From the NCBI RefSeq assembly GCF_009914755.1, contig NC_060935.1: 64,000 nucleotides of DNA. One strand, given 5' to 3'. The first letter of the stretch is position 1, and each line of letters opens with the position of its first letter. Under the pieces are notes generated by a model. The model worked only from the letters and a program-made list of their open reading frames with translations, had not been told where the DNA came from and did no database searches. The position numbers were made by a program, and so were the translations under genes. Shown piece by piece: positions 55,291 through 64,000 of this stretch. The stretch comes from the human T2T-CHM13v2.0 reference genome, Homo sapiens.

Positions 55291-55554
55291 TAAGTCAGGC
55301 AAATATTTGGCAATTGGAATAAGAAAATATTTTAGAGATATAAAGTGGGCTAGGGACTTAGAAACAAGATCAAATCTGGGTTCTGCCTTACTTGTGTGAG
55401 GATACTGGAGTGTAAACTGGTTCAACAGAAGAAGAGGGCTAAGAAGTCTTACCTCTTTGTCTGCTTTGGTTCCTTGTGGCCTGGGACTGGGAGAGAAAGT
55501 GATTGTGCCTCCTCTTTTAGGATCTCGTTGTGCCATCCTGCCCTCTATTTTCAG

Positions 55555-55655
55555 GGTCACGACCGCTGCAAGCAGGCTTTGCTGCAGATTGGGATCAACA
55601 TGATGGCACTGCCTGGAGGTCGCCACCTGGACTCCGTCACCCTGCCGGGTCAGCG
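55555..55655 (+). CDS. INSC: INSC exon 2 (101 nt): GHDRCKQALLQIGINMMALPGGRHLDSVTLPGQR; short-isoform ATG at 55600
   Basis: Polypyrimidine acceptor ccctctattttcag|GGT and donor CAGCG|gtaagt at 55656. The peptide MMALPGGRHLDSVTLPGQR is the recognised INSC N-terminus preceding the LGN-binding segment. Confidence 0.95.
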
Positions 55656-57509
55656 GTAAGTCCTACAGCTGTCACTCCAGGCCAGGCCTGCCCCATCTGA
55701 ACCGTGACTGAGGCCCAGTTCCAGCATCCTGAGGCTGCAGGTGACCCCATCTTCCCACGCAATTTTCTGGGGAGGATGCCGAGCATAAGGTATTGGGGAT
55801 GTCATGTTCACTCAGCAAATATTAATGGAACTGGGCCCTGGGACACTGAAGAATCAGGCATATCCCAGTCCCTAATGAGCTGAAGTCTAATGCTGAGGCT
55901 GACCATGAAACAAAGAATCGAATGGGTGTGCTAGTAACATAGAAGATGTCATAGAAGGTGACAACCTAGAAGGTGTCATTCTACCCTTGGATGTCTTCTC
56001 TTTTGCCCAGAGCATCAAGGAGAAAACTGAGCATAGAGCTGATCCTTGGGAAGTACTTGTTGTCCTGAGTTGGGCAATGAGGGAGGGTGGGAAAGGCACA
56101 TACTGAGAAGAAGGGGAAGCCCGGATAACGAGGGGAGAGGGGCTGGAGAACATCCTGTCTGAAGAAGGAGACACTTGGGGCCACCAGAGGTGCCTCCACA
56201 CAGCTGGAAGATGTGGTAAGGCAGGTACAGGTTTGATGTGGCTGGTCCTGGAGCCTGAACCCTCTCTCTCTCCCACTTGCAACCTCTTCAGAAGTCTTAA
56301 GGTCACAAGAAATTAAATTACATGAAAACGATTTAGGAATCAAATTATTAGGAGGCAAGGCATGATTTCTAACTGATCTTGCACAGCAAATCAATTGGGA
56401 GGAAGACTCCAGACTGACTTAACATCAGGAATTATGGCTGGCCATAAAAGATGTAGCTTGTGAAATCTTTTTTTCACAATGTCTTCATCCTCACAGTTCT
56501 GATAGGGTGAGGTGAGCAACAGAGAGAGGGTGGTATTTCCTTTAATACGTTCAAAGCCTAGCATTGCCAGGCCTAGCCAGAACACTGAGGGAATAGAATC
56601 CCTGGATCTAGCAGCCTGTTAATTGTGTATGTACTAGGGGCTTATGCATGGTCCACATACACAGAGAAGGCGCATGTGTAGTTACAGGATGTCAGAAGTG
56701 TTAATTTGCCTATGATGCAATCTGAAGCAGCATGATAGGCAGATAGTAGCAGCCATGTCTTCTTTCCTCCTGTTCCAAGCTGCCAAGGCCTCTCTTGTGG
56801 GGAATAACACCATGGTTATTGTCTCCAGATAAATAATTCATGCTGGATAATTGACTTCTTTCTGTTGTGTTCCACTGAAACTGAATTTCATTTTGCAGTG
56901 CCATTGTTCACCTCAGTGCACAAAAATAAATAAACAAGTACTGCCATGTTGCATGGAAGCATCCAGCAGCCTGGGTAAATCATATGGGTGAGGCCATTGG
57001 TATTTGAGACCCTTGTGAATAAATAGCAGCACAAAGGGCTGTTCTAGGTGCAGATTCCTAGGCGAGAGTAGAGGTCAGGAGCAACAGCCTCCTAGGCCAG
57101 GGGTTGGGATCCCTTGCTGAACTGGCATGATTGACAGGAAGTGGTCTGACAGGGTGTGGTGGTTCTCAGCTCTGTATCTGAGTCTCCTGGGATGCTTTCA
57201 TATTTAAAAACAATAAAATAAGCAAAAGAACAAAACTCTACTCTTGGAATCTCTTATGTGGGGCTAAGTGGTTGAAAGCATGTAGACCTTGGAATCAGAC
57301 TTGGGTTCAAAGCCCAGTTCACTTCCTACCAGCTCTGTGACCTTGAGTGGCTGTTTAAGCTGTCTATGCACCTGTTTTTTCTTCAACATAGTGGCAGTGA
57401 CAGCTGCTTTAAAGGGTAGTAGAAGTGCTTGGGTCCAGGAGAGAAGGTCTCTCTAGAGCCTGAGGGTGCTTTGCAGTACACAAGCTTCACTTTCCCAGGT
57501 CATAGAAAT

Positions 57510-57815
57510 CAGTGGTCCCAACTCCTGGTCCTTAGCCTGTTAGGAACTGGGCCCCCACACAGCAGGAGGTGAGTGGCCGGCAAGAGCAAGCATTACTGCC
57601 TGAGCTCCGTCTCCTGTCAGATCAGAGGCGGCAGTAGATTCTCATAGGAGCGCGAACCCTACTGTGAACTGCTTGCGTGAGGGATTTAGGTTGTATGTTC
57701 CTTATGGGAATGTAATACCCACCACCCACAGCCTCCCTGCATGGAAAAATTGTCTTCCACTAAACCAGTCCCTGGTGCCAAAGGTCCCTGGTGCCAACAA
57801 GGTTAGGGACTGCTG
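57510..57815 (+). mobile_element. MER1B (hAT-Charlie)
   Basis: TIRs cagtggtccca / gggactgctg; internal cctgtcagatcag...gattctcataggagcgcgaaccct. Confidence 0.9.
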
Positions 57816-58787
57816 GTATAAATAACAGTAATAATCTCTCTCCCTCCCACCAGGTAGTGAAAACGATACAATCTCTGGTCTGAGTACCTCCCTGGGGGGT
57901 GGTCAAAGATTTACTGGTGGAAGTGAAGGGGGTCAGAGACGAGCTTCCTGGATAGCAGGAGACTGTGGCTGCTATGTCCCTGGCTGGTCTTCATTTGCTC
58001 CTCTGGCCTCCTATCTTTCCATCTGGGATGCTGATCTTCTTGTTGGTTCTGGGCATGGTGGTGGTGCTGCTGGAACATAGCCATGGTGGTCAGCATGTCG
58101 GGCCCAGGCTTTACACTCCCAGGGTTGTGCCCTCCACCATCACAGCCTGGCCTTCATATTCTGCCAAGATCCAGATGACCTAGTCCTTTGGTTTAACTTT
58201 CTTTATGGGAAGGCTTCTGGGGTGTAAGCTGGAGCCCAGGGTCCACACAGGGCTGGGTCCAGATGTCCCCTTCCTTCCCCACTTCCTTCTATAACTTACC
58301 TAGCCCACAAATCATCTATGGCATTTAGAATTTTTCTCTCCGAATCCCTGCCAGTGAAGAGTCAGGGTGGCAATACTGATTAATAGGCAGGCCTTTGCAA
58401 ACCCCCACAACAAAGTTGGCTTATGGTTTCAAGTACTTGTTATGGGATGGATACTCCACACAGCTATTCATTTAGTCTTCACTATGACCCATGTGTATAA
58501 TTATTATTATCTATATTTTGCAAACAAGAGGTCATAGGTTGAGTTATATGGGAACAGCCTTTTAGGTGGGGTTTAGAGTTCAGAGTGGTTTTTAGTGACC
58601 ATCTTTAGGATCAATGCCTGTGGAAGGGGGAGGAAGGAAGCAGGACTGGCTGGAAGGTGAAGTTGAGCTGCAAAACCTGGCTCAGTGATGTCAACTGATC
58701 TTGTAGGAAGATTTGGAATCAGTGTTGTTGTCCATTGGCCAAAATGTCCAGGGCCTTCATGTCCCACCTTGATCTGTCATTGGAGTG

Positions 58788-59124
58788 TGTTAGAAAATAT
58801 TTTAAACAGGGAAGCCATTAGGCTGGGGCTGCTCCAACACTTGAGGTTTCTACATAGCAAACTGAAGCCCAACATCAACAGTAAAATGAAACTAGAAACT
58901 TTACTGATCAGAAGTCAACTAACCTTTAACTAGGATCTTTCCCCTTTAATCATTATATGCATTTTCCTTGTTTTCCTTTTGTGTTCAGCCCATAAAAGCT
59001 TGTCGTCCATGCTGCTTCAGAGGAACTCTCCAGCCTCTTCTGGCTCTGAGTGCTGCCTGATTCATGAATTGTTTTTTGCTTAAATAAACTCTGTTAAATT
59101 TATTTTGTCTAAAACTTTTAGACA
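58788..59124 (+). mobile_element. ERV1 LTR (MER93-like) nested in an ERVL LTR (LTR40-like, about 58580-59265)
   Basis: TG...CA ends; gccattaggctggggctgctcca...tgagtgctgcctgattcatgaat...aaataaactctgttaaa. Host flanks include ggatcaatgcctgtggaagg...gaagttgagctgc. Confidence 0.65.
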
Positions 59125-62100
59125 TCTTTAGGAAGGATGTGTTCTTAGGTGAGGTGGCTCTGAGAACATCTGGAGGGCCTGAAAGCTGAAGGCTGTTGGC
59201 TAATGATACTCCCAGCAGCTGGGACAATAAATCCTGCCAAAAAGAGGAATCTCGGTACCACATCACAATGTCTATCTCATGAGAGAACTGAGCCTTGAGG
59301 AGGTGAAGTTACTTGCTCAAGAACAGAGCTGACAGGTAGAGAGCTAGGATACGTGTTTCTATATGGTGCTTAAACCTGAGTGCTGGGTAGTACTCTAACC
59401 AGTCTCTGTCTTTTCCATAAACAAATCATTTACTCATTTATGCAGGTAGTTGTTTATTCATTAGCTTTCAACAAAGTTCTTCTATAAATATTTATGGAGT
59501 GCGGGCCATCTGCCTTGTATGGTGCCGTGTACTTGAGGACATGTTGGTGACCTAGTTGGTGACCTAGTTTCCTGCCCTCATGGAACTCAGTTATTATTCA
59601 GTAACTTCTCTTTTGGCCTGATCAGGCCTGGATTTGTAGCAAGTATACAGTTTGGGGCTTTCATCTGTGACTTCTCCCTGTGAGTGAAACACTTTTTCAC
59701 ATGGTTTCCATTCAGCTTGGAGTATGAGATGAGCCTGGACTGGATGCAGCTGCAGCTTGTGGCAGGCAACCTCCTGGTTGCCCATGGCTAGCTGGGGAGA
59801 TAACCAGCTTCCCTGAGCCAGTGGGGGCCATTGCAGGCCAGCTTGTCTCCATGTAGATAATGGCTTGCATATGTGCACCTCTGTTCTGTGGCCAGTTTTC
59901 TGCTGCTGGGACATTTTCTATGCTTGTGGTGAGATGTGCAGACTGTAATTGTGAATGGGATAATTGGATATTTTTCTGTTGTTTAAGCTGAAAAGAAGGC
60001 CAATCAAAGCTAGACTTGAATTCCATCCTTTCTCCCATTTCCAAAGAGAAATCCACAGAAACATAGGGTGTGACCCTGAGAAGGCAGAGGGACAATGATT
60101 CAATAGTTATTTTTAAGAAGAGAGGCTGGATTTATACTTTTGTACAGTGCTGGGAACCGAGTTCATAGAGGCATTGGATATTGTTGCTAGAGTTTCCCCA
60201 GAGTTCATCTATGCCATCCCTTCATTATAAGATGGGGAAACTGAGGCCCGGAGAGGGGAATGTAACTGTCACAATACTCTTCAGGCTGCTTTCCCACCTT
60301 TTGGAGTCTTGCCTCCCCTGGGTTGTGTTTCTTAAATTAATGCTGTCACTCAGCCTTCAGTAAATCTTAGAAGCTCTGTGTCCCCACTTTAGTGGAGTTC
60401 TCACATAGCAATTATTTGTAATAGAGAAATCAATTTCATTCATTCATTTGAATGAGATTTACTTTGGACCAAGAACTTACTTTGAGCCAAGCCTGGGGTA
60501 GGCCAATAACAATTTATGTATATGTCATCTTTTCTGCTCAAGGATAAATGTTCTAAGGGCCTAAGGGCTAAATTCATATTTGGTTCATATTTATGCTCCT
60601 GACTATGATAAAATGCACACAGTAGGATCTCAATAAGTGATTGTTGAGTAAATAAATGTTTAATAGCTGTTTGATAAATGAATGATGAACTCTTGGCTAG
60701 GGAGTTTCAGGTGATGGTGAGAAATTAAATTAAGTAGCTTGGATTGTGTTTTATTCTCTAAGACACTCTTCTGTCTCCAGCAAGCTATTCTCATTTTTTT
60801 AGTATAAAATTGCTGTTTGGAGGGAAAGGGTAAGCCAGAGATTTATCCTGATTAATTTAAATACGCCCTTTGAGTGGGAGCCAAAGATTTAATTGGTTGA
60901 AGGAGTCAGAGAGTTGAAGAGGCTTTGTTTCCTTCTAATGAAGAATAATTAAGAAGTATTTTTAGTCTTTGCAGTTAAGTTCACTGGAAAAAAGTTTGCA
61001 ATCTCATCATCAAATCCCCTGCAGGAGAGCACAGTGCAGTGGGGAGCATGGATTAGGAGCCAGGGGCCAGACTTCCACTGATATTCTGTGTGTTCTTGGA
61101 CAATTTTTCTCTCTCTCTGAGCCTTAGTTTCTTCATCTGAGGATGAGGAGGTAGACAAAAGTATCCCCAGGGACCCTTCCAGCTTTAACATTCTAAGTCT
61201 GTGAATAAGTTTTGAATGCTTTTGTCCCTTTTTTTTTGGACAAAAATAACCCATGTTAGTGCCACAGGGATAGGAAAGCAAACCCATTGACTAAAACAAG
61301 TTCTTCCCATTCTTTCCTGTGAAATGTGCAAAGGGGTCTTGTGTTTGCCTTGTGGCTGGGATGGACATTTCAAGGCATAGTAGTTTGGGAGTCCTCTTAG
61401 GATCTAAAATGTGCCCTGTTCAGGTTTTATAGAAGCCCCTTGGTATAGCCAGGAGAAGTATTCTATGGTGGGGTTGTGGGGTGGCCTAGGGTGCCCTGCC
61501 TTGATGGAATATAATGCAGATAAACACATGGATCCTAGCATTCTAACATTCTGCAAAATTTGAGCCAGTCATTTTCAACTTTACCTCCACCCCTCTGGCT
61601 ACACTTAGCAACTTGCCATTTTCCCAACACATGAGTCCATGGTTCTACTCCTTTGCACATGGTGTTTCTTCTGTTTGAAACTCTATCCTCTTCCAATACT
61701 AACTCTTTTCCTGGGAAACTTGAGGGCATCCTTTAAAGACTAGCCTGGAAAACCTACTGAGATATTCTGGCTTGGGTTACATATCTCTTCTCTGTGCTCT
61801 GCTAACCCTCTGTGTTAACTTCAAAATGCCATTTGCAGCACAGTGATCCATAATGGTTTGTTTACAATTATTTAGTAAATCTTTATAGAGTGCCTATGAA
61901 GTACTGGGTGCTGTTGTAGGTAGAGGGAGTATGTCACTGTGCAATAAACGATCCTGCCCTCATGCGGACCATATTCTCACATCTCTCCTCCGTAATCCTA
62001 GCACACAGGCCCAGTGCCTGGCCCATTTGGGGTGCTTAGTACGTTTTGGAGGTCACTTCCAAGTGTTTCAGGTATAGTAAATTGTTCCTTTACAGAGAAC

Positions 62101-62829
62101 TCCCCACTTCACACAGAAGGTAGACTAAAGTAAGGCAGAGAAATCCAAATTCCAGAATTTGAAGACTTTTAAAGTTCCATTCTAAATGAAAAGAAATTAA
62201 AATGAGCCAAGAAAAGAATAGGCATAGATTTCCACAAACTATTCACCCTAGAGTTTTGGGGACACTGGACACCAGATCAGCAGGATAAGCTGGGAATAAG
62301 GAACTGGTACCAGTAGATGGAGGCCAGGTACAGATCTTCTGAGCTGGGAAAATTGTTCTCTTTGGCCTCTGAGGGGTCAGGCACAGTGACCTTCTCCAAG
62401 TGGTAGGCTTTGGGGAATGAAGGAGGCGGTCCACAAGGCAAGGGCAGAGGCAGGGCAAGGCCACTGAGGGAATGAGGAGACCTCTAGGCAGTCAGGGTCC
62501 CATGAGGATATCTCCCCACTGTATCACTACTTACATGGTCTTCTGGGCTTCCCTGCTGCTGCTACAAATCCATCAGAGGTCTGTGATGTTGAGGCCAGGG
62601 TCAGAAGTTCTGTCCTGAATGTTGAAAACATGCACCCCAATTTTCCTCAGAAAGAAACCAGACAAGGGTTTGAAAAAAGACCAGACACTCCATCATCTTT
62701 ATATGATCATAAACTATAAAAAGGCAACTGTATGTCACCTAAGGGCAGTCTTGCATAGCAGAAAGAGCTCCAGCTTTGGATTTGAGGGTTTCAGTATTAG
62801 CTAAATTGCTGAAAACCATCAAAGAGCAC

Positions 62830-63130
62830 AGCATAATAATTAAGAACAAGGCTCTGGTCTCACATTGCCTGGATTTTTGTTTCCACTTATTCATTGTGTG
62901 ATGTTGGCCAAGTCACCCAGCCTACCAAATCTCAGTTCTGGGAATCTCATAGGATTGTTTTGAGGGTTAATTAAGCCATTAAGATTGAATCAAGCATTTA
63001 GCACACTGCCGAGAATGTAATAAGTACCCAATCAATTTTAGCTTTATTGCCACTATTAACAATGAGGTCTTAGACAAGTTATGTAATGCCGCTAGGCCTC
63101 AGTTTCTCCATCTGTAGAATGGGGATGGCA
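62830..63130 (+). mobile_element. MIR fragments
   Basis: tgtgtgatgttggccaagtcac...ctcataggattgttttgagg and gcctcagtttctccatctgtagaatgggga. Confidence 0.7.
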
Positions 63131-64000
63131 ATCTCCAATCATCAAACCACAGTGAGGCCTGGAGCAGAAGGTTCTTGGTACATCGAAGATGCACTATAGG
63201 TGGCAATCCTCCCTTTTTGTTATGTGGGTTAATTCCTTCTGACTTTGGAATACCCCTGAGGAAATATAGTAGGAAGAACACTGTTTCATACTGCAATTTC
63301 TTGGTATGAGACTTTGCTACTCCCTTCTCCCACCCCAATTCCACCCTGGATAATTCCAGCTTAGAAAAAACTTACCTGGCCTATAACCTGGTATGTGGAG
63401 ATGATTGTAGTTGCATTTTGCTTTGTGTTTGAGTCTGCCAGACTTCAGAAAGCCCAAATTTTAGGACTTGGTCCCCTCATTCCAGATGTTCAGGACAGCC
63501 TCCATCAGAATGCAATGAACAGGGCTACTTGAGGAATAGGCAACTTCTGGGAACTGGGTAGGACTCCTGGGAGCCACGTTCACTGTCTTGGATGCCCTTC
63601 TTGCTCTCCAGGCAAGGGGACAATCTTAATAGCATCAACTTCAGATTTCAGTTCACTGTGGAGACTAAGGAAATCAAACCCAAGTCCTGGCCCCTGGCCT
63701 CTCCAGCTCCTTGGCCAGGGACCTTACAAGCTCCTGACTCTGGTGGTTTTCCACCATGAAGGGAATGTGACTCATTGCCAGTCCATCTGCCTTTACCTCA
63801 ATTTTCAATTCCCGTCCTCTGTGTGAGTAATAGGATCAGTTGTTCGTACTTGCAAAGGAAGGATTTCATGCATGGTGAGATGGCAGCTCGAAGTTTATGG
63901 CTGAGGACAATTGACCCACTGGGAGTTGGAAGGGGCAGGGGCAGCAGGCAGCCCCCACCACACAGCCAGAACTGCTCTGTGTAATCAGACTTTTCATAGT

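Noticed and set aside
56181-56194. Second CTCF-like motif CCACCAGAGGTGCC
   Set aside because: Mismatch in the critical GGC core, too weak to call.

Overview
Primate, most likely human, genomic DNA covering the 5' end of INSC (inscuteable spindle-orientation adaptor; from recall on human 11p15.2 near CALCB) on the + strand. Three exons are supported. Coding exon 1a runs from ATG 18830 to a donor after 18925 and encodes MRRPPGNGEAASEGPGGWGLWGVQESRRLCCA. Non-coding exon 1b lies in a CpG island and ends at 21414. Shared exon 2 (55555-55655) encodes GHDRCKQALLQIGIN-MMALPGGRHLDSVTLPGQR and carries the short-isoform ATG at 55600; exon 3 is beyond the window. The rest is intergenic or intronic and rich in repeats: HSMAR2, several L1 ages, a near-full-length Tigger1 inside an MLT1/MST LTR, Alus, MIR/L2/CR1, MER1B, MER5A, MER63A and LTRs. 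Almost all listed ORFs are chance, low-complexity or transposon-derived, and I see no novel multi-gene system. The most interesting signals are the translation logic of the alternative first exons (an out-of-frame ORF ending on the short-isoform AUGAUG, and an in-frame TAA closing exon 1b), non-B-DNA and TF motifs around the dual promoter, an upstream CTCF site, intronic enhancer-like clusters, and some unusual repair and retrotransposition scars. Repeat subfamily names come from recalled consensus sequences, not a search, and repeat boundaries are approximate unless a TSD is given.
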